A stretch of 64,000 nucleotides of DNA, taken from Alphaproteobacteria bacterium. GTDB lineage: Bacteria > Pseudomonadota > Alphaproteobacteria > UBA828. Within the stretch, counting starts at the first letter, position 1. Each line of letters opens with the position of its first letter. The stretch lies in assembly GCA_965214705.1 (NCBI GenBank), contig CBDCCI010000002.1, forward strand, positions 704,001-768,000, in the 5' to 3' direction. The position numbers were made by a program, and so were the translations under genes. The notes beneath the pieces are model-generated. The model had not been told where the DNA came from. It saw only the letters and a program-made list of their open reading frames with translations, and ran no database searches. Positions 40,777 through 50,611 of this stretch are shown here, piece after piece.

Positions 40777-42301
40777 CGTCGACGGCCCGAAGGTGATGCT
40801 GACGCTTGCCTCGCCGGTGCTGCACGGCCAGGCGGTCACGGTGGGCTACACGAGGCCCGCGGCGACAGGCGCGAGCCGGCTCCGCGACGCCCGCTCCAAC
40901 GAGGTCGCGAGTTTCGCCGGCGAGGACGTGACGAACCGCGCGCCGGCCCCCGCGCCGATCGTCGCGTCGGTGGCGATCGAGTCCACGCCGTCGGTGGACG
41001 CGGACAACGACGGCACGCCCGAGACCTACGGCCTGGGCGAGAATATCCGGGTGAGGGTGACCTGGTCGTCGAAGGTGCGCTGGGACGTGTCGGCCGCGAA
41101 CGCGGCGGTCTCGGTGCGCCTCGACGTGGGCGGGACGCTCAGGCCGGCGGTGCTGGCGACGGGCGGCGCGACCGGCGGCGAGGCGCTTTCGCTCCTCTTC
41201 AGCTACCGGGTCGTGGCGGAGGACTCCGACACCGGCGGCATCGCGGTGACGCCGACCGCGGCAGGCGACATCGTGGCGCTCTCCAACGGGGCGACGCTCA
41301 CGGATGCGAAGGGCCGCAACGCCTCGCGCACCCACGCTGCGGTTCTCGGGGGCGCGGGCCACAAGGTGAACGGCGGCAGCGCACCGCCGGAGTCGCCACC
41401 TGGGGAGCCGGACGACCCGACGCGCGAGCTTGTCGATGCGACGGCGAGCGGCGTGACACTGGCGCTCACCTTCCACGAGGACCTCGCGCCGGCGGCCGAC
41501 CCGGCGCGGGCGGCGACGGCGCTGCGCCAGGCGTTCATCGTCCAGGGCGGGCGCTACCAGGGAGCCCCGGTCGTCAACCAGTCCCCCAACCGGGTGGCGG
41601 TCAGCGGCCGGGTGGTGCGGCTCACCCTGGGCCAGGCGGTAGCGCCCGGCCGGCCGGTCACGGTGACCTACGTCAAGGAGGGGGCCGCGGTCCGGCACCG
41701 GCTCAGGTTCGCCGGCGGCGACGAGGTGGCGAGCATCGACAACCATCCGGTCGCCAACGCCGGCGGGGCCGACCCGAAGCCCCGGCTGTCGCACGCGGCG
41801 GTGGAGGGGAGCACGCTCGTGCTGGTCTTCGACCGGGGGCTGGACACGGGCTCGGTCCCGGCGGGTTCCCGGTTCCAGGTGGAGGGCAGGGGGCTCGCGA
41901 CCATTTCAGGCACGGGCGTATGGATTCCCGGCGGGGAGATGGTCGTGGTCACGCTGGCTCGGGCGGTGCCCGCCAGCCAGGACGTGGTGAGGGTGCACTA
42001 CGCGAGGGGCAACGAGGCGAAGCCGCTGCGGGGCGTCGCCGGCCACGACGTGGCGGACATCAAGAACTGGTGGGCCGCGGCGCTCGACGGGATGGGCCCG
42101 GTGGCGGTCTCCGGCAGCGCCTCCGGGACGAAGGTGACCCTCTACTTCGACGAGGCGCTGTACGAGCCCTCAAAACCGTCGACCGGGGCGTTCACCGTCA
42201 AGGTCACGCCGAGCGGGGGGACGGAGGCGACCCGGGCCGTCAACCGCGTGGATGTGGATGGCACCGCGGTCGTCCTCACCCTGCCCTTCACCGTTGACTG
42301 A
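40773..42301 (+). pseudogene. SwmB-domain repeat surface protein, 3' fragment
   Basis: ...ADTNPV joins AVDGPKVMLTLASP in frame; further SwmB-type repeats follow. Confidence 0.75.
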
Positions 42302-42386
42302 AACGATCCTCATTATCTCATGGGCAGGCGCATATGGTCCGTTCTTGCCGGCCTTGCGGATCCGGCATGACGGCGGGGTGCGGATG

Positions 42387-42647
42387 TCAGTGAAGCGTCT
42401 TGTCGCGGGAGCCAGCGGCCATGGACCGGGCGACCAGCTTGCTCCAGGCGTCGCGGTCGAGGCCGAGGCGGCGGTTGAGCCTGTCGCACAGCCTCTCCGC
42501 ATCGGCGAGCGTGAGTGCTACGAGCGCGGTGGGGATGTAGCCGTCCATCCCCTCGAAGACGATGCGGATCTGCTGCGGCTGGTCGGGCAGCTCGTAAGAG
42601 GGCGCGAAGGCGAAGACCGGCTCCTCGGGAAGCTCGTGCGTGGCCAT
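42387..42647 (-). CDS. Hypothetical protein
   Basis: MATHELPEEP...; coherent short ORF. Confidence 0.5.
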   Translation of the reverse strand: MATHELPEEPVFAFAPSYELPDQPQQIRIVFEGMDGYIPTALVALTLADAERLCDRLNRRLGLDRDAWSKLVARSMAAGSRDKTLH

Positions 42648-42654
42648 CGAAGGT

Positions 42655-42840
42655 GGCCTCGCGCAGGGTGCGGGCATCCAGCGCGCGGCCGGCCTCCAGG
42701 ACGGGCAGCAGGGTCCGGGCCGCGGCCAGCAGCGCGGCGGGCGCGGAAGTGGGCTGCGGCGGGGCGGGTTCGGCGATCGGGGAGACGGGGACGGCTGGCG
42801 GGCGAGCGGGCGCGGGCGGCGCCGGGTGGGCGTCGAGCAT
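42655..42840 (-). pseudogene. N-terminal remnant of a strawberry-notch-like methylase/helicase
   Basis: AALLAAARTLLPVLEAGRALDARTLREA, then an abrupt break. Family recalled from memory. Confidence 0.45.
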
Positions 42841-42922
42841 GAGCAGGCTCCGGTGACGGGGGTGCGGGAAGAGCCGCGGCGGCTCGGCGCGGGGCACTGC
42901 CCTTCACGCCGCTCCGTCCGGC

Positions 42923-43021
42923 CTGCCCCCGGCCGGCTGACCGGACTCCCGCCGGCGCAAGGCGCGCCGGGGAAACCCGGCGCTAGCGGGGCCGGTGGAT
43001 GCGTTCAGGAAGGTGTGGAGG
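42923..43021 (-). repeat. ~100-bp conserved intergenic repeat (copy A)
   Basis: GGCCGGCTGACCGGACTCCCGC...GGCCGGTGGATGCGTTCAGGA.GGTGTGGAGG shared with 45482-45580. Confidence 0.8.
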
Positions 43022-43065
43022 TGCCCTGTGAGTCCGCGCAGTTCAGGGCCGGCCAGGCGGAGCGG

Positions 43066-43299
43066 TCAGCGCAAGGCGCGGGCGAGGTGTCCCGCGTAGA
43101 CGCCGACGGCCCGCCAGTAGCAGGCCATTGGGCCCTTGTGCCGGCGCCACTGGAGCTCGGCGCGGTGCCGCGCGTCGGCACGGAGGTCGAGCAGTGCGGC
43201 ACGGAGCGCGTGGCGGGCGGAAGGCGGCAGGGCCTGGAAGCGCGCGAGCCATGCGTGCTTCAGGTCGGCGTCGGCGCGGTGGATGGTGGAGCGGGACAT
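43066..43299 (-). CDS. Hypothetical protein
   Basis: 77 aa, containing WRRHKGPMACYWRAVGVYAGH. Confidence 0.55.
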   Translation of the reverse strand: MSRSTIHRADADLKHAWLARFQALPPSARHALRAALLDLRADARHRAELQWRRHKGPMACYWRAVGVYAGHLARALR

Positions 43300-43376
43300 C
43301 GGACTACCGGGGCCGGGCGTCGAGGTGGCGGAGCACGGCGCAGGTGAGCTCACGGATCTCCTCGTAGGCGCGCCCG

Positions 43377-43460
43377 GTCGGCGATTCGGCCACCGACCCT
43401 GCCTACATCCTGAACGAGCGCGGCGTCGGCTACCGCATGCCACGGCCCGGCGCGCCCTGA
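43377..43460 (+). pseudogene. C-terminal remnant of an OmpR/KdpE-type winged-helix regulator
   Basis: GDSATDPAYILNERGVGYRM. Confidence 0.55.
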
Positions 43461-43574
43461 ACGCTGTCAGCCCGGGACCGGGCGGGCCGGACGCACGGCC
43501 ACCCAGTCAGGCGAGTGCGGCGATCGCCGGGTCCCATCGGGTACCGGCCGCCGGCACCAGAGACGATCGTCATG

Positions 43575-43680
43575 CCAAGCTGGCCGCCCGGCTCCGCTAC
43601 GCTCCGCCGGCCACCCAGCTTGGCCGAGAAGCCGGCTATGCACTAACATTCGAAGTGGACCAATCGACGGGGGCAGGTCA
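43575..43680 (+). mobile_element. IS3-family right-end remnant
   Basis: ...AEKPAMH* followed by GGACCAATCGACGGGGGCAGGTCA, an IS3-type CA-ending terminus. Confidence 0.6.
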
Positions 43681-44631
43681 ATGAAACTCATAGCCCGTAC
43701 CCTCTCCGCCGTGGCCTTCGTAGCCGCTTCGCTTCTTGCCAGCCACGGAACAGCCGGAAGCGTGGATGATGTTGTAAGGCCAGCAGAAGAGATTGCGCTG
43801 CATGACGCAGCGGGCCGTGTCGAGGCAGGCGGGCGTGCGGGGTTTGTTCCGACGGCGCTGCTGGCCGAAGCGGAAGTGGGGCCGAAGGCAGGGGAAACAT
43901 TCCGGGATTGCCCGTCCTGTCCGGAAATGGTGGTGGTGCCGGCGGGTTCGTTCGTCATGGGCTCGCCGAGGTCGGAAGTAGACCGTGACGGAGATGAAGT
44001 CCTGCAGCATGAGGTGACGATCTCGCAACCCTTTGCGGTGGGCAAACACGAGGTGACGTTTGCGGAATGGGATACCTGCGTATCCGCTGGCGGGTGCGAC
44101 GGGTATCGCCCCGATGACAAGGGCTGGGGCCGTGGAAGTCGGCCGGTCATCCATGTGACCTGGAACGAAGCGCGGTCGTATGTCGCGTGGCTGTCGCGGA
44201 AGACGGGGAAGGAGTACCGGCTGTTGACGGAGGCGGAGTGGGAATATGCGGCGCGCGCGAAGACGCGGACGCGCTATAGCTGGGGGGATTCGGTGGGCCG
44301 GAACCGGGCGAACTGCCGCGGCTGCGGCAGCCGCTGGGACGGCCGTGAAACGGCTCCGGCGGGTTCGTTTGCGGCGAACGGTTTCGGCTTGCATGACATG
44401 TCGGGCAATGTATCGGAATGGGTCGAGGACTGCTGGCACAATGACTATGCGGGCGCGCCGTCGGACGGCAGCGCTTGGGTGGCGGGCGGTGATTGCGGGC
44501 AGCGCGTATTGCGCGGCGGTTCGTGGAGCAACATACCGTGGTTCCTCCGTTCCGCCATCCGCCTCGGGTACAGCGTCGGGAACCGGGTCGTCACCTTCGG
44601 CTTCCGCGTTGCCCGGACGCTTACGCCTTGA
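43681..44631 (+). CDS. Secreted FGE-sulfatase (SUMF1, C-type lectin fold) domain protein; probable DGR target
   Basis: FRDCPSCPEMV, RLLTEAEWEYAAR, NGFGLHDMSGNVSEW, RGGSW...GFRVAR. Confidence 0.9.
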   Translation: MKLIARTLSAVAFVAASLLASHGTAGSVDDVVRPAEEIALHDAAGRVEAGGRAGFVPTALLAEAEVGPKAGETFRDCPSCPEMVVVPAGSFVMGSPRSEVDRDGDEVLQHEVTISQPFAVGKHEVTFAEWDTCVSAGGCDGYRPDDKGWGRGSRPVIHVTWNEARSYVAWLSRKTGKEYRLLTEAEWEYAARAKTRTRYSWGDSVGRNRANCRGCGSRWDGRETAPAGSFAANGFGLHDMSGNVSEWVEDCWHNDYAGAPSDGSAWVAGGDCGQRVLRGGSWSNIPWFLRSAIRLGYSVGNRVVTFGFRVARTLTP

Positions 44632-44656
44632 GTCCTCACTTGTTTACCTCGGGGGT

Positions 44657-44675
44657 CCGGGGGCGGAGCCCCCGG
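44657..44675 (+). promoter_or_regulatory. GC stem-loop with GGA triloop (DGR-type cis hairpin)
   Basis: CCGGGGGC-GGA-GCCCCCGG, ~25 bp after the stop codon. Confidence 0.65.
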
Positions 44676-44680
44676 CAGGA

Positions 44681-44947
44681 TTATTTCGCGGGGCCTCGTG
44701 CCGCCTCGACGACTATCGGCACGAACCGGCCGACCCCGACATCGCCCGCCGGCTCGCGAAACAGCCGACGCCACCTGAACACCTGATTGGCGTTGAGGTT
44801 GTAACGCTGCGCGACCATCGGCACCGAGACCCCAGGCTCACGGGTCTCCGCCACGATCTGCCGCTTCTGCGCCTCGCTCCACCGCCGACGACGGCGACCA
44901 ACCGATCCGCCGCCCTCCGCGCCCGGCTCGTCCTCAGAAACCGACAT
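44681..44947 (-). pseudogene. IS66 TnpA (HTH) remnant
   Basis: RRRRWSEAQKRQIVAET..PG.SV..VAQRYNLNANQVFRWR. Confidence 0.8.
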
Positions 44948-44954
44948 CAGCTAA

Positions 44955-44995
44955 GGAAGGTCTGATTAGGTCGCGTGTGTCATAATTTGCGCACG
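44955..44995. mobile_element. Orphan IS5-type end related to the MITE TIR
   Basis: CTAA|GGAAGGTCTGATTA versus the MITE end GGAAGGTCTGAATA. Confidence 0.55.
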
Positions 44996-45398
44996 ACCCG
45001 GTCCGGTCGTTCCACTCGATGACGGCTTCGAGACAGGGCTCGAAGGTGTTTTCGAACCGGAGGTGGCGGTGGAGCCTGCCGACGTTGACGTAGACGAGGC
45101 AGACCTGCTCGACGAGGTCGCCGAGGCACGAGGGGTCGCGGCCGGAGATGTCCCCGGTGTGGATCCGGATCGCGGCCCCGAGGCAGAAGCTGCGGGCGGC
45201 GTCCGGCGGCCGCATGGCGAGAGCGGGTTTGTGGTGCCTGCCCTCCTCGTCCTCGATGTGGAAACGGCCGTCGAAGGAGAGCGGGTAGCCGTCGTCGTCG
45301 CGGCCCCAGCTTCCCTGGTGCCAGCGTTTGGGCTCGTCGAGGGTTTCGTGGACGCGGCGGGCGATCTCGAGGAGTTGCTCGGGCGTGAGGGTCTGCAT
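44996..45398 (-). pseudogene. Hypothetical protein, 3' end truncated
   Basis: WHQGSWGRD..G...FCLGAAI; runs into the IS5-type end. Confidence 0.5.
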
Positions 45399-45481
45399 TG
45401 CGGGGATCTCCCGATGCGAAGTGTGGGTGCAGCGGTCAGCGGCGGGGACGGCGCGAGGCCTCCCGCGCCAACCCCGCCGGG

Positions 45482-45580
45482 CTGCCCCTGGCCGGCTGAC
45501 CGGACTCCCGCTGGCGCAACGCGCGCCGGGCGGACCCGGCGCGAGCGCGGCCGGTGGATGCGTTCAGGACGGTGTGGAGG
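45482..45580 (-). repeat. ~100-bp conserved intergenic repeat (copy B)
   Basis: Matches 42923-43021. Confidence 0.8.
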
Positions 45581-45682
45581 CGCCTCCGGAGCTCGAGCCG
45601 TTGAGGGCCGGCGCGGGACGTGCGGCGGTGTCAGACGAAGTATTCGCCCGCTGCCGTGAAGGTCGATTCGTTGGTGGCGAGG

Positions 45683-46525
45683 GTCCCCGCCATCGTGCCC
45701 CTGTCTCCGGCTTCCGATTCGGTCGAGGATCTGCTGCGGCGCAGGTTGCTGGATTCGACCTGGCCCGTCGCGGTCGGCTTCGGGGGAGGAATCGCGACCT
45801 GCGAGGCGCTGGGGTGTCCGGTCGCGGACGCGATCCACGTCGACCGGCCCGCCGCGGGCGGCGCCCGGCACCCGAGCGACGATCACCGGCCCGATCTGTC
45901 TGGCTTCGAGCTCCTCGACCCGCGCCGGGGGATCGCGTTGGCAAGCAAGGCGCGGACCGTGGTCGAAGGGCAGCGTTCGGCCCTCCATCGGGCCTTCGGC
46001 GCCTGGACGGACCATGGGTTCTTCCTCGTGGAGACATTCACGATGCAAGGGGACGCGGGCCTCGGACACTACAAGACCACCTGGTTCGGAGACGCGGTCC
46101 ACTCCGGCCCGCTGGCCTCGCCGGGCGACAGCGCGACCTGGTCCGGCGTCATGTCCGGCGTGGAGACCTCGCCGTCCGGCGGGCCCAGCGCCTTCGTGCA
46201 CGGGGATTCCGCCATTACCGTTTCCGGCCTCGCGGCCGGAGTTGAGGTCGAGGTCGCGGTCGCGTTCACCGGCATCGTGAACGAGGACACCGGCGCCGGG
46301 ATCGGCGACATGGTCTGGCGGGGACTGCCTCTTCAGAGCCGGGAGTTCGGGACCGACGATGTCCGGTTCAACGACGGGGAGGGCTACTTCCGGGACGGGA
46401 GCTTCGGCGCCACGGCGGAGGGAAGCATCTACGGCCGCCTCTACGGCCCCGGTCACGAGGAAGTGGGCGGGCTGTTCCACCGCGACGGCATAGCGGGCGC
46501 ATTCGCGGGCAAGCGCGATCGGTAG
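45683..46525 (+). pseudogene. Lipoprotein 1, C-terminal TbpB-like beta-barrel part
   Basis: SATWSGVMSG...IYGRLYGPGHEEVGGLFHRDGIAGAFAGKR; paralogous to 37433-37981. Confidence 0.75.
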
Positions 46526-47055
46526 GCGGCCTCATTGACGTGGCGTCCGCCCGTCGTCGGGTAGCAGCGCCCGAAGCGTATCGGCGTTGGCGGAACCCCT
46601 TCAACAAACCTCACCTGTTCCACCTGAGGGTCTGGTCACTGTAGATCGCGCCGGCCTCAGTCTTGACCCTGCAGTCACTCGACGCGATCAAGCACTTCGA
46701 GTGCCATAAACTGTTCTTGCGGCTTCATAATTTGCTCCAGCGGGAGCTGAGTCGAGCCTCCGGGCTTGGACGGCGCGCGGCAGCGTCTCTTCACCGTCCA
46801 CCGCTACCCTGAACGCCGATCAGGTCACGAGCAGTCTTGAGCTCCCTGGAAGTGGATTGCGCGCGATTCCCATGCGATTCCCAGTTGAACGCCACGGACG
46901 TAGATTCCTCTGTTGCAAGGCGGCTGACGGCTTTTGCGTACCGGCATGTGCATTACCGCGGGGTCGACATGCGACCCCAACTATAGACATCCGGACTCGC
47001 GGCGTTGTCGTATTACAGGCGATGTCCATCCCACAATACTAATCTAGTGCGGTTG

Positions 47056-47661
47056 TCACTCTCCCTCCTTGGGTGTGTTGTCTCCAAGTATCAACTTGAC
47101 CCACCGATCAAACTCCTGGCCCTCCGCTGGCTGCGATAACAACGCCGCTTTCACAATGCCGTCGATCTCGTCATTCGTCTTGTCTGCTAAGTGGCGCACA
47201 ATTTCGTTGACAGCCCGATCACGTCGGTTCGACAGATCTTCCTTTATGCCTAGCGAACTGGCGAAACTTCGGATGTACGCGAAGGGTAGCCGTGCATCTC
47301 TGTCCATGAGCCGCGACTTCAATGCGGACAGCCTTTCTGCCTTAGCTCTGTCGACTAGTGCGACTTTCGCAATTACGCTATCGCGCGCCGGATGGCGGAC
47401 CTTCCTCGTCTTCTCGACCGGGCTTGCGCGATGCGCTAACGCATCGTCAATCGCTGCTGCAATATCCTCTACGAACTCTCGGTCTCTCAAACGATTGGCC
47501 AACGCTCGCCAGTCCTTCTCCGGATACTCTACTAGCAGACGACCAAGCTCAGCCGCTAGAGAGGGACGTCTTCCGCCCCCCACTGCTAGTCCCCCCTCTT
47601 TGACAGTCCGACTCGATCCATGAATTCCTTGGCCACTGCCTGGAGCTCCTCTTTCTTCCAA
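47056..47661 (-). CDS. Hypothetical protein downstream of the ParA-like gene
   Basis: Coherent helical ORF; start uncertain because it overlaps the upstream gene. Confidence 0.6.
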   Translation of the reverse strand: MEERGAPGSGQGIHGSSRTVKEGGLAVGGGRRPSLAAELGRLLVEYPEKDWRALANRLRDREFVEDIAAAIDDALAHRASPVEKTRKVRHPARDSVIAKVALVDRAKAERLSALKSRLMDRDARLPFAYIRSFASSLGIKEDLSNRRDRAVNEIVRHLADKTNDEIDGIVKAALLSQPAEGQEFDRWVKLILGDNTPKEGE

Positions 47662-48668
47662 CTCCGAGCGTAGTCTGTGAGGAAGATGGGCTTACCGACG
47701 CGAGCACCAGCCGGGTAAGAGTCGGAGTGGCTCAACTGTGCCTTGAAAATGTGCCACCCCTGTTCCTTGGCCGCCTTTCGCACGGTCTTGCGTGACCGCT
47801 GATGCTCGCGCTTGGAGGGGTCCGAGTCGTTAAAGACTATACCTGCAAGCTTGGGAACCGGTTCCGTCTTGTGCGTCTTCTTGTAGTCACCCAGCGAGCG
47901 AACGAGCAGCGGCAGACCAATTGTGGAGAAATACTCGGGTCGAACCGGTACAAGCAGGTAGTCGCTGGCCATGTAGGCAGCGGTAGTCAGCATTGACTCC
48001 GTAGGCGGGCAATCAATGAGGATGAGGTCGTAATCGTCCTTCACATCTTGGATGTAGTCGCGGACCAAGTGCTCCTTCTCATGCGGATTCTTCAACGCCC
48101 AAGCCAGATCCAGTGCCGAGGGGATAACATGAATGAGACTACCGTCGTGCCACTCTTGGGCGACCGTGATTGCCTCTTTGCCGAGAATGCCCTTGTCAGC
48201 GTTCCCAAGCGTGTGTTGTTCGAAGATGTCGACGATGGTCGGCTTTTTCTTCGCCAGATGCTTTTCATACCGGTCATTACCGAGCGCATACTGACTAAGG
48301 TTGAATTGAGGATCGAGATCGACCATCAGCACGCGCAAGTTTGCGCGGTAGGCACAATACCAGCCGACATTCGCCGTCAACGTCGACTTTCCGACACCGC
48401 CCTTCATGTTCACCATTGCGACGACGACGCACGTCGATTCCGACGTCCCGCCCATTTCGAGTGCCTCTGCCTTTGCCGTCTTCACCTCCATGTCACGCTC
48501 GTCCGCCCAAGTCAGGATGTCGGGGAGTTCCCAGACAGGCCCACTCTTCAGCGATGCCGCAGGCTTAGGGAAGTCTGCGTATCGCTCTCGCCAGTTCGAA
48601 GCAGCCTGTCTCGATACCCCGAATACATCGGCGATCTCGGCGACCCCGACCAGAACTGTTCGATCCAT
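47586..48668 (-). CDS. ParA/Soj-family ATPase with N-terminal HTH
   Basis: KGGVGKST, VDLDPQFN, LIDCPP; N-terminal EIADVFGVSRQAASNWR; AGGAG RBS. Confidence 0.9.
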   Translation of the reverse strand: MDRTVLVGVAEIADVFGVSRQAASNWRERYADFPKPAASLKSGPVWELPDILTWADERDMEVKTAKAEALEMGGTSESTCVVVAMVNMKGGVGKSTLTANVGWYCAYRANLRVLMVDLDPQFNLSQYALGNDRYEKHLAKKKPTIVDIFEQHTLGNADKGILGKEAITVAQEWHDGSLIHVIPSALDLAWALKNPHEKEHLVRDYIQDVKDDYDLILIDCPPTESMLTTAAYMASDYLLVPVRPEYFSTIGLPLLVRSLGDYKKTHKTEPVPKLAGIVFNDSDPSKREHQRSRKTVRKAAKEQGWHIFKAQLSHSDSYPAGARVGKPIFLTDYARSWKKEELQAVAKEFMDRVGLSKRGD

Positions 48669-48869
48669 CTTGGTTCTCCTTGGAATGCGATGCACGAGTG
48701 AGTTCGCGAAAATATGACAATCCGACATCAGCGTCAAGAAAATAATGTGTGTCGTTTGTACACAAAGCGAACTTTCTCTGTTCACCTGGCGCTGGCGCAA
48801 GTCCCGGCTCGCACCCACTTAGCTACGCAATGGACTGATTCCATTCAGAAAATCCCCTACTCGTCTCGA

Positions 48870-48985
48870 CGGCTACGACGTTGTGAAAGCGGTCGACGGC
48901 CCGGGCGATCCCGAGCGTTGCAGGCGCACGGTCAACGCAACGGAGCCCGAGATCGTCCGCTGGGTGTTCCGGCAGTTCGCTGTTG
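48870..48985 (+). pseudogene. Serine recombinase remnant
   Basis: GYDVVK...GARTVN..E.EIVRWVFRQF, similar to the 54089-55771 protein. Confidence 0.55.
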
Positions 48986-49504
48986 TTCGGCGCGCAAATC
49001 GGACGCTGATCGGCGCGCCAACTTGTTGATTTCTTTTGCTTCTCAGGGGTCAGCATTGCTTACTTAACAACAGAACACGAGCTTGAGCGCGGCCTTCTGG
49101 CCGAAAGCGTTGGGAATGAACTTGAACCGCCGACGCTCCTCGACGAACGAACGTTCAAGGAGATTGGTGGTCCGGATCGCCCGACCATGGGTGATCGGCA
49201 TGCGCAGATGCGCGATGCAGACTCGAAGTCATCCATGAAGCAGGCGGCGGTACTGGGCGGCTCGGCCTCCAATTCGGAGACCAGGCCGGAAGGCGAGATC
49301 ACGGGCGATTGCCCGTGCGCGCCGCCAACTCTCTGTCCGATCACTGCGACTGTTGGCTGGACCTGCGGTAGGGCACTCATACCTGCCCCAGGCCCCTGCG
49401 CTGGCTATCAGATTCACCAGTCCTCTGATTTCAGCGATTCGTTGAAACTACCATTTTCAGTGAAATCACTTGACATCGTTCACTGAATACGATATTTTCA
49501 GCAA

Positions 49505-50611
49505 ATGTTGAAAAAGCTCAATGTAGTGAAGGACCTTGAGACCGACGCCGTGGACGCTGCCCACAGGCTCGTCACTGATATTCCGCACCTAAAGCTTATA
49601 TACGAAGCCTATCCCGAACATCTCCCACCCAACCAACCCATCGATGGAAGGATCGACTTCGAGTATGGCGACGACACTTTTGCGCTCATCATCCAGGTCA
49701 AGTCGAACGGCGCACCCCGCTTTGCCCGCTCCGCAGTTTACCAACTCAAGGGTTACATAGCGCACCCGCACGCGCTCGGCCAGACCATGTCCGACCGGCA
49801 GTTGATTCCCATGCTGGTGAGTCCTTACCTCTCGCCCGAGTCGCGCTCCATTTGTGCGGAGCACGACGTCGCCTATCTCGATCTGGTCGGAAACGTTCAT
49901 CTCACCTTTGGCACCGTCTTTATCGACCGAGCCGTCCCGGACCGGCCCAAGTCCGAAGCCCGTGCCCTACGGTCCATTTTCCGCCCAAAGGCGGCCGCAA
50001 TCTTACACGTCATGCTACGCTCTCCGAATCAGGCATGGCGTGTAGCAGAGCTTGCCCAAGAGGCGAATGTCAGCTTGGGTCACGTCAGCAACGTTCGTAA
50101 GGCCCTTCTGGAACGCGAATGGATCGAGGAGCAGGACGATGGCGTTGTCCTCACCGATCCGGGTGCGCTCCTTAGGACCTGGCGCAAGAACTATCGCCGC
50201 CCCGAAGGTCATCGCGTCACCGGATACACCCATTTCCACGGCAAACATCTCCACGAGCGCATCTTGGACAAGCTCAATCCGTATCCAAATCGCCCGCGCG
50301 TGATCTATTCCCTGAACTCCGCTGCTCAATGGTTCGCGCCATTTGTCCGCGACGCCACGACCACCTTCTATGCTGACCAAGCAGGGTTCGACCTCTTGAA
50401 CGACTCGTTGGAACTGAGGCCAGCTTCAAGAGGAGCTAACGTTGTCCTGCGAATTCCGGCAGATGATACCATCTTCGAAGATGTCTTTGAGCCTGCGCCA
50501 GGTGTATTCTGCACTAGCCCCGTCATCACGTATCTGGAGCTGTGGAACGGTGGCGATCGCGACCGTGAAGCAGCTCAATATGTTGCCAAGGAGTTCTTCG
50601 CTTGGTTGTAG
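49505..50611 (+). CDS. AbiEi-like type IV TA antitoxin (winged HTH)
   Basis: YLDLVGN, ELAQEANVSLGHVSNV, LTDPGALL..W, YLEL...DRDREAA. Confidence 0.75.
   Translation: MLKKLNVVKDLETDAVDAAHRLVTDIPHLKLIYEAYPEHLPPNQPIDGRIDFEYGDDTFALIIQVKSNGAPRFARSAVYQLKGYIAHPHALGQTMSDRQLIPMLVSPYLSPESRSICAEHDVAYLDLVGNVHLTFGTVFIDRAVPDRPKSEARALRSIFRPKAAAILHVMLRSPNQAWRVAELAQEANVSLGHVSNVRKALLEREWIEEQDDGVVLTDPGALLRTWRKNYRRPEGHRVTGYTHFHGKHLHERILDKLNPYPNRPRVIYSLNSAAQWFAPFVRDATTTFYADQAGFDLLNDSLELRPASRGANVVLRIPADDTIFEDVFEPAPGVFCTSPVITYLELWNGGDRDREAAQYVAKEFFAWL

Noticed and set aside
43681-44700. Complete DGR cassette in the window
   Set aside because: No reverse transcriptase, avd or template repeat was found; only target-side features are present.
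36989-45685. Classical shufflon or invertase-controlled inverton
   Set aside because: The junction cores are only 3-4 bp, differ between the two inversions, have no flanking inverted repeats and no adjacent invertase.
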